Assembly (NCBI GenBank): GCA_041615815.1 | Contig: JBFJCP010000001.1 | Location: 160,001 to 224,000, forward strand | Reading direction: 5' to 3' | Source of the DNA: Gemmatimonadales bacterium | GTDB lineage: Bacteria > Gemmatimonadota > Gemmatimonadetes > Gemmatimonadales > GWC2-71-9 | Length of the DNA: 64,000 bases | Part shown: piece after piece, positions 51,597-62,337 of the stretch | Numbering within the stretch: the first letter of the stretch is position 1 | How the letters are laid out: the number at the start of each line of letters is the position of its first letter | Notes under the pieces: model-generated | What the model was told of the DNA's origin: nothing | The model's database searches: none | What the model saw: the letters and a program-made list of their open reading frames with translations, nothing else | Program-made: the position numbers and the translations under genes

Positions 51597-54293
51597 GTGA
51601 GTAAGACGCGGGTCCATGATCTCGCTGCGGAATTTGGCGTCGAGAGCGGCAAGCTGATCAAGCTGCTTGCCGATATGGGTATTCACGTTCGCAGTCATTT
51701 GTCCGCACTCGACACCGGACAAGTGGCCCTGGTGCGTGCGCGCTGGGAACGGGAGAAACGCCGCGATTCGGGTACTCAGACGAAGACGCGTCGGCGTCGA
51801 ACGACGAAGACCACGAAGACGGCGAAGACCGCGAAGACCACGAAGACCACGAAGACCACGAAGAAAAAGGCCACGCCGAAGCCCAAAGAGCCGATTCGGC
51901 CCAAACGGCGCCGCCGCACCGCCGCCGAAGTGGCGGCCAAAGAGGCGGAAGCGGAGGCGAAGCGCCAGGCCGATGCAGCGGCCGCACCGGTCGCCGAAGC
52001 CGAGCCGGAGGCGGCTGAGGTCCCAGCGCCCACCCTCGAAGAGCGGGCCGCCGCATTATTCAAGGAGCCGCCCACCACCGAGCCTGAGGTTGCAACACCT
52101 GAGATCGTCGAGCCGCCCGCACCTCAAGAGGCCGCGCCTCCGGTGGCGGAACCGAAGGTGACGGCTGCGCAGGCCGCACCACCGCGTCACAAGCCAGCGC
52201 CGGTCATCCCCACACGCGTGCCCCGCCAGCCCCCACCTCGGGCCTGGACGCCGCGCAAGACGGGGCCACGTCCCGTGGCCTCCGCCGCCCCAGGCGAGCT
52301 GGCCGAAGAGCGCCGCCGCGACAAGAAGCGGCGCAAGAAGGGGAAGCGTCAACAGGTCGACAAGGAAGCCGTGCAGGCCAACATCAGCCGTACGTTGGCC
52401 ACCATCAAAGGACCCGGTCCACGCAAGGGCGCACGGCGGCGTGACGATGAGCCCAGCGCACGCGAGATCGCCGAGCAGCGACGCGCCGAGGAGCGCGAAC
52501 GCGAGAAGACCCTCGTTCGCGTCAACGAGTTCATTACCGTTTCCGAGCTGGCCACGAATCTAAGCGTGCCCCCCACGGAGATCGTCACCTTCTGCTTCAA
52601 AGAGCTGGGCATGATGGTGACGGTCAACCAACGGCTCGACTTCGACCAGATCGACCTCATCGCTGGTGCGTTCGGCTTCAAGGCCGTGCAGGAAGAAGAG
52701 TACGTGCCCGAAGAAGTCGTGACGGAGGAGCAGGATCAGCCCGAGGATATGGCGCCGCGACCACCGGTCGTCACCGTCATGGGACACGTGGACCACGGAA
52801 AGACGTCGCTGCTCGACTACGTTCGCAAGACGAATGTGATCGCAGGAGAGTCTGGCGGGATCACTCAGCACATCGGCGCGTACCACGTCGAGCTGGCCAA
52901 CGGCAAAGTCATCACGTTCCTCGACACCCCTGGACACGAGGCCTTCACCGCCATGCGCGCTCGCGGCGCGCAGGTGACGGATCTCGTGGTGCTGGTAGTG
53001 GCGGCAGACGATCAGGTCATGCCGCAAACCATCGAGGCCATCAGTCACGCCAGGAACGCGGGCGTCCCCCTGGTCGTTGCCATCAATAAGATCGACCTGC
53101 CCAACGCGAACGTGGCGAAAGTCAAGCAAGACCTCCTCAAGCACGAAGTGCTGCTGGAGGAGTTTGGCGGAGAGACGATGGGCCAACCGATCTCGGCCAA
53201 GAGTGGCCAAGGCGTGGACGAGCTCCTCGAAAAGATCCTGCTGCAATCGGAAGTCCTCGACCTCACAGCCAACCCAGACCGGCCGGGCCGAGGAACCGTC
53301 ATCGAATCCACGCTCGATCCCGGGAAGGGACCCGTCGCGACGATCCTCATCGAGAACGGAACGCTCAAGGTGGGTGACGACTTCATCTGCGGAAATCTCG
53401 CAGGACGCGTCCGTGCCATGATCGATGAGCGTGGCCAACGGGTCGACGCCGCTGGGCCATCGATTCCTGTTCAGATCCTCGGCTTCGAGGGCGTGGCTCA
53501 GGCGGGAGACACCTTCATGGTCGTCGACTCCGCGCAGCACGCTCGCGATATCGCACAAAAGCGGCAGCGGCTGGATCGTGAGGCCGCCCACCGTCGCTCG
53601 TCCCGGGGTGTCTCCCTCGAGGACTTGTCGAAACAGATCGAGGTTGGAGAGGTGCAGGCGCTCAACATCATCATCAAGGCGGACCAGGGCGGGCCCGCAG
53701 AGGCCCTTGCCGACGCGTTTGCGCAGCTGTCCACGGATGAGGTCATGGTGGAGGTGATTCACCGCGGGGTGGGCGCCATCACCGAGAGCGACGTGCTCCT
53801 CGCCAAGGCGTCGAGCGCGATTGTGGTGGGCTTCCATGTCCGACCCGACGCCAACGCCCGCGCTGCGGCGGAGCGGGAATCCGTCGATATCCGCACCTAT
53901 CGCGTGATCTACGAGGCGGTGGAAGACGTCAAGGCCGCGCTCGAGGGGCTGCTATCACCGGAAAAGAAGGAGATCGTCCTCGGGGAGGCCGAAGTCCGCC
54001 AGACCTTCAAGATCTCCGGGGTCGGTACCATCGCGGGCTGTTACGTTCGCAACGGGATCATCCGGCGCGGAGCCAAGATGCGGGTCATTCGAGACGGCGT
54101 CGAAGTCTACGCCGGCGGGATCGGAAGCCTCAAACGGTTCAAGGAAGATGTACGGGAGGTCCGGGAGGGTCTCGAATGCGGCATCGGTGTCGAGAACTTC
54201 AACGACATCAAGGTGGGCGACGTGCTCGAAGCCTATCAGATCGAGGAGGTAGCCCGGTCCCTGGAAACGGCGGGAACCGGCAAAGACACCTAG
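51597..54293 (+). CDS. infB: Translation initiation factor IF-2
   Basis: [27 protein letters not shown] and NKID motifs. Confidence 0.99.
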   Translation: MSKTRVHDLAAEFGVESGKLIKLLADMGIHVRSHLSALDTGQVALVRARWEREKRRDSGTQTKTRRRRTTKTTKTAKTAKTTKTTKTTKKKATPKPKEPIRPKRRRRTAAEVAAKEAEAEAKRQADAAAAPVAEAEPEAAEVPAPTLEERAAALFKEPPTTEPEVATPEIVEPPAPQEAAPPVAEPKVTAAQAAPPRHKPAPVIPTRVPRQPPPRAWTPRKTGPRPVASAAPGELAEERRRDKKRRKKGKRQQVDKEAVQANISRTLATIKGPGPRKGARRRDDEPSAREIAEQRRAEEREREKTLVRVNEFITVSELATNLSVPPTEIVTFCFKELGMMVTVNQRLDFDQIDLIAGAFGFKAVQEEEYVPEEVVTEEQDQPEDMAPRPPVVTVMGHVDHGKTSLLDYVRKTNVIAGESGGITQHIGAYHVELANGKVITFLDTPGHEAFTAMRARGAQVTDLVVLVVAADDQVMPQTIEAISHARNAGVPLVVAINKIDLPNANVAKVKQDLLKHEVLLEEFGGETMGQPISAKSGQGVDELLEKILLQSEVLDLTANPDRPGRGTVIESTLDPGKGPVATILIENGTLKVGDDFICGNLAGRVRAMIDERGQRVDAAGPSIPVQILGFEGVAQAGDTFMVVDSAQHARDIAQKRQRLDREAAHRRSSRGVSLEDLSKQIEVGEVQALNIIIKADQGGPAEALADAFAQLSTDEVMVEVIHRGVGAITESDVLLAKASSAIVVGFHVRPDANARAAAERESVDIRTYRVIYEAVEDVKAALEGLLSPEKKEIVLGEAEVRQTFKISGVGTIAGCYVRNGIIRRGAKMRVIRDGVEVYAGGIGSLKRFKEDVREVREGLECGIGVENFNDIKVGDVLEAYQIEEVARSLETAGTGKDT
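51804..51864 (+). repeat. In-frame 9-bp tandem repeat (RCGAAGACC, about 7 copies) in the infB N-terminus
   Basis: Units start at 51804, 51813, 51822, 51831, 51840, 51849 and 51858, encoding a (T/A)KT run. Confidence 0.9.
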
Positions 54294-54294
54294 C

Positions 54295-54576
54295 GTGGTC
54301 ATCGGCCTCAAGACCTGGGAGCTGCACCTGCAGGGATGCCAGTCTCTCAAGGACAAGCGCCGGATCCTCAAGAGCCTCAAAGACCGTCTCCACCGCCGCT
54401 TCAACGTGTCGGTGGCCGAAACCAATCACCACGATCGCTGGCAACGTGCCGAGCTTTCCTGCTGCGTGGTCGCTGTCGATCGCCGGCAGGCCGAGTCCGT
54501 CCTCAACTCCGCGGATGAGCTCGTGGCGAGGGACGGACTGGCCCGGATCGTCGATTCCGTGACCAACCTGCTATGA
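54295..54576 (+). CDS. DUF503 (YlxP) protein
   Basis: SLKDKRR and FNVSVAE motifs; between infB and rbfA. Confidence 0.92.
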   Translation: MVIGLKTWELHLQGCQSLKDKRRILKSLKDRLHRRFNVSVAETNHHDRWQRAELSCCVVAVDRRQAESVLNSADELVARDGLARIVDSVTNLL

Positions 54577-54938
54577 CGCGTCCCCGACGACCCCACCGTC
54601 CCGAACGAATCGCTGCCTTGATTCAGGAAGCGCTCGCGACGGCGCTGACCAAGGAGCTCAAAGATCCCCGCGTCGGCTTCGTAACGCTCACGGGCGTCAC
54701 GGTGTCGCAAGACGGAACTCACGCGAGCGTTCGCGTGAGCGTCATGGGGGACGAGCAGACGAAAGACAGCGCGATGGAAGGCCTCAAGAGCGCCCGTGGG
54801 TTTCTGCGGTCGTATCTCGCCCAGCACCTTCCACTCCGGACGACACCCGAACTGCACTTTGTCCTCGATCGCGGGCTCGAGCACGCCGCGCGCATCAACG
54901 AGCTCCTCGGCAAGCTCAAACAGGAGGACGAGTCCTGA
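54573..54938 (+). CDS. rbfA: Ribosome-binding factor A
   Basis: KDPRVGFVT, ARGFLRS and LRTTPELHF motifs. Confidence 0.96.
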   Translation: MTRPRRPHRPERIAALIQEALATALTKELKDPRVGFVTLTGVTVSQDGTHASVRVSVMGDEQTKDSAMEGLKSARGFLRSYLAQHLPLRTTPELHFVLDRGLEHAARINELLGKLKQEDES

Positions 54939-55792
54939 GCGGGGCAGGACTGCTCCTCATCGACAAGCCCGAGGGTCCCACGTCGCACGACGTGGTGGAT
55001 GCCGTGCGCCGCAGACTGGGCGTGCGGCGAGTCGGTCACAGCGGCACGCTGGACCCGTTCGCGTCCGGACTGCTCCTCATGTTGGTGGGGCGGGCGACAC
55101 GATTGTCGCAGTTCCTGGTCGGTCTCACCAAGCGGTATAGCGGGGAGATTCACCTCGGCATGGTGACCGATACCGATGACCGGACGGGCGAGCCCCTGCG
55201 GTCGAGCGACACCTGGCGCGGGCTTTCCCGAGAGGACATCGCCAGCGCCGTCTCGGGACTCACCGGTCGCTACGGGCAACGCCCACCGGCGTATTCGGCA
55301 AAGAAAGTGGACGGTCGCCGCGCGCACCGCCTGGCGCGGCAAGGCGTGCCCGTGGACCTCCCTCCTCGCGAAGTGGAGATCTTGGCGTTCGACGTCGGCG
55401 CGCTGCGCGGTCCAACGCTCGCCTTCACCGCCCACGTGAGCAGCGGGACCTATCTCCGGGCCCTGGCACGGGATCTGGGGGAGCGGCTCGGCTGCGGCGC
55501 GCACCTCCACCGCCTCCGGCGAACCGCTATCGGCCCATTCGCGGTCGAACAGGCGCTACCGTTGGACGACCTCAACGCGGATAGCCCGATCCTGCCGGCG
55601 ATGGAGGCCGTCCGTCACCTCCCGACGCTCGAGTTGAGCGCCGGCGAGCGCGAACGCGTCACGCACGGTCAACCGATCGACTTACACGCCGCCGGGCGCG
55701 GGCCTGTGGCACTTGTGCGGGACGCCGAGCTGGTGGCCGTTGCCGAGCCGCGGAACGGTGTCCTGAAGCCACGGGTCGTCCTCGCCGGATGA
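54935..55792 (+). CDS. truB: tRNA pseudouridine(55) synthase (probable CTG start)
   Basis: GLLLIDKPEGPTSHDVV, GHSGTLDPFASG, PPAYSA and GTYLRALARD motifs. Confidence 0.95.
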   Translation: MSGAGLLLIDKPEGPTSHDVVDAVRRRLGVRRVGHSGTLDPFASGLLLMLVGRATRLSQFLVGLTKRYSGEIHLGMVTDTDDRTGEPLRSSDTWRGLSREDIASAVSGLTGRYGQRPPAYSAKKVDGRRAHRLARQGVPVDLPPREVEILAFDVGALRGPTLAFTAHVSSGTYLRALARDLGERLGCGAHLHRLRRTAIGPFAVEQALPLDDLNADSPILPAMEAVRHLPTLELSAGERERVTHGQPIDLHAAGRGPVALVRDAELVAVAEPRNGVLKPRVVLAG

Positions 55793-56724
55793 GCCAATCC
55801 GCTTTGCCGCTGGATGGTCGCGGAACGGTGCTCACTGTGGGCAGCTTCGACGGGGTGCACCTCGGGCACCGCCAGGTATTGGAGGAAATTGCCATCAGGG
55901 CGGCTCGTGCGAACCGCCGGAGCGTCCTCGTGACGTTTGAGCCGCACCCGCTGGAGATCGTGAACCCCCAGGCGGCGCCGCTCCTCCTGACCCTCGCGAA
56001 TGAGCGCCGCGAGATCCTCGCCCAATGCGACCTGGATGTGGTCGTGTTTCTGGCGTTCACTCGAGCGCTCTCGCAGTACACGCCGAAGGCGTTTGTTCGC
56101 CTGCTCCTGGACCGGTTTCAGATGCGGGAACTCGTGATCGGGTACGATCATGGTTTTGGCCGCGGACGCGCCGGCGACGTGGGGGTGCTCCGGGTCCTGG
56201 GACAAGAGATGGGATTTGCGGTCGACGTGGTGGCGGAGGTCGATTCGGCGGGACGACCGGTCTCCTCGACGCTCGTGCGCCGCGCGGTAGCTGGGGGAGA
56301 TCTCGCCACGGCGACGCGGCTCCTGGGACGGCCGTACGCCCTCACGGCACCGGTCATGCCAGGGAAGGGCCGCGGACGGGACATCGGGTACCGCACCATT
56401 AACCTCGTGCTTCCCGATGCACGGAAGCTCCTGCCGCCGGACGGGGTATATGCGGTACAGGTGGAATGGCGCACGGGCCGGGCAGGGGGGATGATGCACA
56501 TCGGACCGCGCCCGACCTTCGCGGAGACGGACCGATCGCTCGAGGTTCATCTTCTCGATGCGCAGGTGGACCTTTATGACCACGAGATTAAGGTCTCGTG
56601 GATCGCCCGGCTTCGGGATGTGATGACGTTTCCTTCGCCGGAGGCGCTCAAGCAACAGTTGGACAAGGACTTCGCCGCTGCCCGCCATGCGTTGACAGCA
56701 CCGGGCAGCCTCAGTAGTCATTAG
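55789..56724 (+). CDS. ribF: Bifunctional riboflavin kinase/FAD synthetase
   Basis: GSFDGVHLGH, TFEPHP, VSSTLVR, GRDIGYRT, GVYA and EVHLLD motifs. Confidence 0.96.
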   Translation: MSQSALPLDGRGTVLTVGSFDGVHLGHRQVLEEIAIRAARANRRSVLVTFEPHPLEIVNPQAAPLLLTLANERREILAQCDLDVVVFLAFTRALSQYTPKAFVRLLLDRFQMRELVIGYDHGFGRGRAGDVGVLRVLGQEMGFAVDVVAEVDSAGRPVSSTLVRRAVAGGDLATATRLLGRPYALTAPVMPGKGRGRDIGYRTINLVLPDARKLLPPDGVYAVQVEWRTGRAGGMMHIGPRPTFAETDRSLEVHLLDAQVDLYDHEIKVSWIARLRDVMTFPSPEALKQQLDKDFAAARHALTAPGSLSSH

Positions 56725-56751
56725 GGCCTTTCGGGGACTTCAACGGAATCC

Positions 56752-58416
56752 ATGTTTTCGACAATCAAGGGCCGTTTCATCGTCATCCTCGCGCTCGTGG
56801 CATTGAGCGTCTGGTCGCTCATTCCACGCAACGTCACGATTCGGGAGCGCGGGGAGGATGGGGTGATGCGCGACGTCGTCGTCAAGCGGGTCCCGCTCAA
56901 GCAAGGCTTGGATCTGCGCGGCGGCATTCACTTGGCGCTCGAGATCGATGAGTCGGCAGGCCAAGTGGCCGACAAGGCCGATGCTCTGGAGCGGGCACTG
57001 ACCGTCATTCGCACCCGGGTCGACGAGTTCGGGGTTGCAGAACCGCTCATTCAGAAGGTCGGCGACGAGCGTATCGTCGTCGAATTGGCCGGCATCGACG
57101 ATCCGGCACGTGCCAAGCAGATCGTCCAGCGTTCGGCCTTTCTGGAATTCCGGATCACGGACATGGAGCAGCAGTTCCGCGATGCGCTTCCCGCGATCGA
57201 CCAGGCGCTGATGCGCGAGGGAGTGCGAGCGGATCGGACCACGACCGGCGCCGCAGGGCCGAGCCAGCTGGAGGCCCTCCTGGGTGCGGATACCACGGCC
57301 GCGGACACGGCGTCGGTGAATCAGGATACCACGGCCGCGGACACGGCGTTCGCGCTGGACCAACCCGGGCCGTTGAGCACGTATCTGTTCAACGGGAATC
57401 TTCCTGGCGAGTTTCTCGTACCCGAGGAAGATTTTCCCCGGGTGGACAGCCTGCTCAACCACCCGGCAGCGGTGCGCGCCTTCCCGCGAGGACTGGAGCT
57501 CGTGTGGGCGATGGAGCCGATCGCGCAGGGAGCGCGCTCATATCGCGGCCTTTATGTCGTTCAACGGCGCCCTATCATCACGGGGGAGTACCTCTCCGAC
57601 GCTCGCGCTACCATCGACCAATTGAACAATCAGGCCATCGTACAGTTCGAGCTCACGCGCTCCGGCGGCCGCATCTTCCGTCGCGAGACGGGCCGGCACG
57701 TGGGTGACTACATGGCGATCATGTTGGATGGACGGGTACACCGCTCGCCACCGGTGATTCGGTCGCAGATCGGACGGAACGGGCAGATCGAGTTGGGCAA
57801 CGCGAGTCTCCAGGAAGCGCAGGATCTGGCGTTGGTGCTCCGCGCGGGAGCGCTTCCCGCACCTATTCACATCGTGGAAGAGCGAACGGTCGGACCCAGT
57901 CTCGGGCGCGATTCGATCGCCCAGGGGAGACGGGCCGCGATCATCGCATCCGTCGCGATCGTGCTGATCGTGATCGCGTATTATCGGTTCTCTGGGCTGC
58001 TGGCAGTCCTCGCGCTCGGCTTCTACGGGCTGTTTACGCTCGGCGGACTTGCGATGTTCGGCGCCACGCTCACGCTTCCGGGTCTGGCCGGCTTCGCCCT
58101 CTCCATCGGCATGGCGGTCGACGCCAACGTGCTGATCTTCGAACGGATCCGGGAAGAGCTTGGCTACGGCAAGTCCGTGCGACTGGCCGTGGACGACGGA
58201 TTCAAGCACGCCATGCCAGCTATCGTCGACTCCAACATCACCACCGTGCTCACCGCGTTGTTCCTCTTTCAGTTTGGAACGGGACCGGTCAAAGGATTTG
58301 CTGTCACCCTGATCGTCGGCATCTTTGCCTCTTTCATCACGGCGGTCTTCATCACTCGCACGCTTTTCTTGATCTGGCTACAAGCCGGTCAGACGACGAA
58401 GGAACTCTCGATCTGA
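56752..58416 (+). CDS. secD: Protein translocase subunit SecD
   Basis: GLDLRGG, RVDEFGVAEP, TVGPSLG and GMAVDANVLIFERIREE motifs. Confidence 0.97.
   Translation: MFSTIKGRFIVILALVALSVWSLIPRNVTIRERGEDGVMRDVVVKRVPLKQGLDLRGGIHLALEIDESAGQVADKADALERALTVIRTRVDEFGVAEPLIQKVGDERIVVELAGIDDPARAKQIVQRSAFLEFRITDMEQQFRDALPAIDQALMREGVRADRTTTGAAGPSQLEALLGADTTAADTASVNQDTTAADTAFALDQPGPLSTYLFNGNLPGEFLVPEEDFPRVDSLLNHPAAVRAFPRGLELVWAMEPIAQGARSYRGLYVVQRRPIITGEYLSDARATIDQLNNQAIVQFELTRSGGRIFRRETGRHVGDYMAIMLDGRVHRSPPVIRSQIGRNGQIELGNASLQEAQDLALVLRAGALPAPIHIVEERTVGPSLGRDSIAQGRRAAIIASVAIVLIVIAYYRFSGLLAVLALGFYGLFTLGGLAMFGATLTLPGLAGFALSIGMAVDANVLIFERIREELGYGKSVRLAVDDGFKHAMPAIVDSNITTVLTALFLFQFGTGPVKGFAVTLIVGIFASFITAVFITRTLFLIWLQAGQTTKELSI
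57288..57349 (+). repeat. 26-bp direct repeat (36-bp period) within secD
   Basis: GGATACCACGGCCGCGGACACGGCGT at 57288-313 and 57324-349. Confidence 0.9.
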
Positions 58417-59387
58417 TGATTCGCATATTCGCCGAGGCCAACTACGATTTTCTCGCGGTTCGAAAGATCGCGTATGGTCTTACCGCCGCCATTGTGATCC
58501 CGGGTCTCGTGCTCTTGGCGGTCCGCGGGCTCAACGAGAGCATCGAGTTCACCGGCGGTACCCTCATCGAGATTCAGGCCAAGCAACCGGCCATCACCAT
58601 CGCGGGCATTCGGGATGCGCTGTGCGGTTCGGACCTCTGTGATGCGGAGATTCAGACGTTTGGGGCGCCCAACGAGTTCGTGATTCGTGCGCGGCTCGCG
58701 GCGGACGCTGCGACAGTTGTCGACCAGGGGACGCAAGAGGTGAGTGAAGCCGTCGCGGCCAGTCTTACGGGCACGTTTGGAGACGGAAGCTACGAAGTGG
58801 TCCGCACCGAGGCGGTGGGACCCAAAGTGGGCGGCGAGCTTCGACAGAAAGCGCTGCTGGCCATCATTCTGTCGTTTGGCGTGACCCTCATCTACATCGC
58901 GTTTCGGTTCGAGTGGAGGTTTGGCATCGCCGCCATCGCCGCGACGGCCCACGATATTCTCGCTGGTGTCGCGTTCATCACCATCTTGAATCTCGAGATC
59001 TCGCTGGTCGTCGTCGCCGCCGTGCTCACCATTCTCGGGTATTCCCTCAACGACACCATCGTCGTCTTCGACCGCGTGCGGGAGAATCTCCGCAAGTACA
59101 AGCGGGAGAATCTCTACGCCATCCTGAATCGTAGCGTCAATGAGACGCTGCCACGCACCTTGCTCACCGGGGTCACGACCCTCGTCGCGACCACCTCACT
59201 CCTTATCTTCGGCGGACGGGTGATCGCCGGGTTCGCAGCCGTGATGACATTCGGCATCATCATTGGGACCTTCTCATCCATCTACATTGCTTCACCCGTG
59301 CTGCTAGCGATCGAGCAACGCTGGCCCGGCGAAGACGTCCGGGGGGCCAAGACGATCATGCCGCGCGCCGCACCGGTATCGGGATAG
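58416..59387 (+). CDS. secF: Protein translocase subunit SecF
   Basis: IEFTGG, VGPKVG, GYSLNDTIVVFDRVRE and GTFSSIYIA motifs. Confidence 0.97.
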   Translation: MIRIFAEANYDFLAVRKIAYGLTAAIVIPGLVLLAVRGLNESIEFTGGTLIEIQAKQPAITIAGIRDALCGSDLCDAEIQTFGAPNEFVIRARLAADAATVVDQGTQEVSEAVAASLTGTFGDGSYEVVRTEAVGPKVGGELRQKALLAIILSFGVTLIYIAFRFEWRFGIAAIAATAHDILAGVAFITILNLEISLVVVAAVLTILGYSLNDTIVVFDRVRENLRKYKRENLYAILNRSVNETLPRTLLTGVTTLVATTSLLIFGGRVIAGFAAVMTFGIIIGTFSSIYIASPVLLAIEQRWPGEDVRGAKTIMPRAAPVSG

Positions 59388-59400
59388 TCTTCTCCCGCCA

Positions 59401-60171
59401 GTGCTCGTCGACACGCACTGTCATCTGGCCGACGCCCGCTTCGATGACGATCGGACGGTGGTAGTCGAGCGCGCTCGCCAAGCGGGCGTCACCCATGTCG
59501 TGATTATCGCCGATTCGGCTCCGAATACGGGCCGCGTCGTCGAACTCGCCAAGGCGCTCGATCTCTCAGCGACGGCCGGTGTGCATCCACACGAGGCTTC
59601 GTCGTGGTCCTCGGAAACGCGAGCTCGCATCGAGGCGGTCCTCCACGATCCGGTGGTCGTCGCCGTGGGAGAAACCGGCCTCGACTACCATTACGATCAC
59701 GCGCCACGGGAGGCACAGCGTCGGGCCTTCGGCGACCAGCTCACGCTGGCCAGCCAACACGGACTCCCAGCCGTCGTACACTCCCGCTCCGCCGATGACG
59801 ACATGGCGGACATGCTGCGGGATACCGAAGCCGCGGTCGTGCTCCACTCCTTCAGCGCCGGACCCAAGGTCTTGGACGTGGCCCTCCAGCGGTCCTTCTA
59901 CGTTTCGTTCAGCGGCATGGTCACCTTTCGGTCGTGGACCGATCGGGAGGCCGTCACCGCCGTCGCCGACGATCGCGTCCTGGTCGAGACTGATGCCCCG
60001 TACCTCGCTCCCGTGCCGCACCGGGGGAAACGCAACGAACCGGCATTCGTGCGACACGTTGCCCTGTGCGTCGCGGAGTTCCGGGACACGGCCCACACGG
60101 ACCTGGCCCGCTTGACCACGGACAATGCTGTGCGTTGTTTCGGAAATCGCATCGCTCAACTCTGTCCCTGA
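59401..60171 (+). CDS. TatD family hydrolase
   Basis: DTHCHL, GVHPH, GETGLDY, ETDAPYLAP and RGKRNEP motifs. Confidence 0.95.
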   Translation: MLVDTHCHLADARFDDDRTVVVERARQAGVTHVVIIADSAPNTGRVVELAKALDLSATAGVHPHEASSWSSETRARIEAVLHDPVVVAVGETGLDYHYDHAPREAQRRAFGDQLTLASQHGLPAVVHSRSADDDMADMLRDTEAAVVLHSFSAGPKVLDVALQRSFYVSFSGMVTFRSWTDREAVTAVADDRVLVETDAPYLAPVPHRGKRNEPAFVRHVALCVAEFRDTAHTDLARLTTDNAVRCFGNRIAQLCP

Positions 60172-60174
60172 TCC

Positions 60175-61854
60175 ATGACTGTTACCAAGATTCCCTCCGA
60201 CATCGCGATCGCGCAGGCGGCAGCCTTGCGTCCAATCGCGGACGTAGCCGGCGATCTGGGTCTCGGCACGGACGATCTGATCCGCTACGGAGACGACAAG
60301 GCAAAGATCCGGCTTGATCAACTCGCCGCCCGCCCGCGCCGAGGCCGCCTGGTCCTGGTCACCGGTATCAACCCCACGCCGGCCGGGGAGGGGAAGTCGA
60401 CCGTGACGGTAGGGGTGGCCCAGGCGTTGCGCCGCATGGGACAGAACGTCCTCGTGTGCATTCGGGAACCGAGCCTGGGCCCGGTGTTTGGCATCAAAGG
60501 TGGGGCGGCCGGAGGGGGGTACGCACAGGTCGTACCCATGGAAGACATCAATCTCCACTTCACGGGAGATTTCCACGCCATCACCAGCGCGCACAATCTC
60601 CTCTCGGCCCTGCTCGACAACCACCTCCATCAGGGCAACCGCCTGGGCATTGACCACCGGCGTATCAGCTGGCCTCGGACCATCGACATGAACGACCGAG
60701 CGCTTCGGAACGCGGTCGTGGGCCTCGGGGGGGTATTGGGCGGTATCCCCAGACAAGAGCGTTTTGTCATTACGCCAGCCAGTGAGATCATGGCCGTCCT
60801 CGCCCTGGCCACCGATCTTGACGATCTGGAAGCACGCCTCGGACGCATCATTGTGGGGCTCACGCGGGATCGCACGGCGGTACGCGCCGACGAGCTCAAG
60901 GCCAACGGCGCGATGACCATGTTGCTAAAGGACGCCTTACTCCCCAATCTCGTTCAGACCCTGGAAGGGGGACCAGCCATCGTGCACTGCGGCCCGTTCG
61001 GCAATATCGCGCACGGATGCAATTCCCTCATCGCCACCGAAACGGCGCTCAAGCTCGCCGATATCGTCCTCACCGAGGCGGGCTTCGGCGCCGACCTGGG
61101 GGCCGAAAAGTTCTTCGACATCAAGTGCCGCGTCGGGGAGCTGCGACCCGAGGCGGCCGTCGTGGTCGCAACCATCCGTGCCCTCAAACTGCATGGCGGT
61201 GCGGCCAAGGATCGGCTGAGCGAGCCAGATGCCGCCGCCGTCGAGCGCGGATTCGCCAACCTCGGCCGCCACATCGAGAATGTCGGCAAGTTCGGCATAC
61301 CCGCCATTGTGGCGCTCAACCGATTCATCACGGACGCGGACGACGAGATCCAGGTCGTGCGGGAGCGCTGTGCCACCCTCGGTGCTCGGTTTGGGCTCTG
61401 CGAAGTATGGGAAAAGGGTGGCGAAGGTGGCCTCGAGATCGGTCAGGCCATCTTGAATGTGCTCGACGAGGGCAACGCCGATTTTCGACCACTGTACGAC
61501 CACACCGCGAGCATTCCGGACAAGATCGGGCGAATCGCCCAGGACATCTATGGTGCCGACGGTGTGGATTTCGACCCCGCGGCCACCCGAGCGATCCACC
61601 AGCTCGAGGCCGCCGGGCTCGGCGCCACACCGGTGTGCATGGCCAAGACGCAATACTCGTTCAGCGACGACCCCACTCGGATGGGCGCGCCAAGCGGCTT
61701 TCGCATTTCCGTACGGGATCTCTATCCGTCCGCGGGCGCGGGTTTCGTCGTCGCCCTCACTGGGGATGTCATGACGATGCCCGGCCTGGGGAAGACCCCA
61801 GCGGCGGAAAAAATGCGGGTCAACGCCAACGGTACGATCGAGGGACTGTTCTAG
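60175..61854 (+). CDS. fhs: Formate-tetrahydrofolate ligase
   Basis: PTPAGEGKST, KGGAAGGGY, GPFGNIAHG and MTMPGL motifs. Confidence 0.98.
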   Translation: MTVTKIPSDIAIAQAAALRPIADVAGDLGLGTDDLIRYGDDKAKIRLDQLAARPRRGRLVLVTGINPTPAGEGKSTVTVGVAQALRRMGQNVLVCIREPSLGPVFGIKGGAAGGGYAQVVPMEDINLHFTGDFHAITSAHNLLSALLDNHLHQGNRLGIDHRRISWPRTIDMNDRALRNAVVGLGGVLGGIPRQERFVITPASEIMAVLALATDLDDLEARLGRIIVGLTRDRTAVRADELKANGAMTMLLKDALLPNLVQTLEGGPAIVHCGPFGNIAHGCNSLIATETALKLADIVLTEAGFGADLGAEKFFDIKCRVGELRPEAAVVVATIRALKLHGGAAKDRLSEPDAAAVERGFANLGRHIENVGKFGIPAIVALNRFITDADDEIQVVRERCATLGARFGLCEVWEKGGEGGLEIGQAILNVLDEGNADFRPLYDHTASIPDKIGRIAQDIYGADGVDFDPAATRAIHQLEAAGLGATPVCMAKTQYSFSDDPTRMGAPSGFRISVRDLYPSAGAGFVVALTGDVMTMPGLGKTPAAEKMRVNANGTIEGLF

Positions 61855-61952
61855 CCGCATGCCGTGAGCAGTGAGAAGTAGTGCGTAAGCGTTGAGGCGT
61901 GGGGGTGAGCGGGATCATCCACGGCCGATCATTCGCGACAAGGGGAGCGTCC

Positions 61953-62330
61953 ATGGACACGGTGGCCACGAAGAACGCACCACAAGCAATTGGCCCTTAC
62001 AGTCAAGCCGTCATTGCCGGTGATCTCGTGTTCACCGCGGGGCAGATTGCTCTGGACCCGGAGACGATGGAGGTGGCAGGCGCGGACGTCGCGCAGCAAA
62101 CCGACCGGGTCATGCGCAATCTGGCGGGCGTCCTGGACGCGGCCGGAAGTAACCTCTCGCGCGTGGTGAAGACCACGGTCTATCTTGCCAGTATGGACGA
62201 CTTCGTGGCGATGAACGAGGTATACGGAAAACACTTCGGTTCACATCGGCCCGCGCGGTCGACCGTCGAGGTCTCGGCCTTGCCCAAGAAGGTGCTCGTC
62301 GAGATCGACGCCATCGCCGTGCGCGGATGA
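61953..62330 (+). CDS. ridA: RidA/YjgF family reactive intermediate deaminase
   Basis: APQAIGPYSQA, VVKTTVYL, PARSTV and LVEID motifs. Confidence 0.94.
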   Translation: MDTVATKNAPQAIGPYSQAVIAGDLVFTAGQIALDPETMEVAGADVAQQTDRVMRNLAGVLDAAGSNLSRVVKTTVYLASMDDFVAMNEVYGKHFGSHRPARSTVEVSALPKKVLVEIDAIAVRG

Positions 62331-62337
62331 CCTGCGC

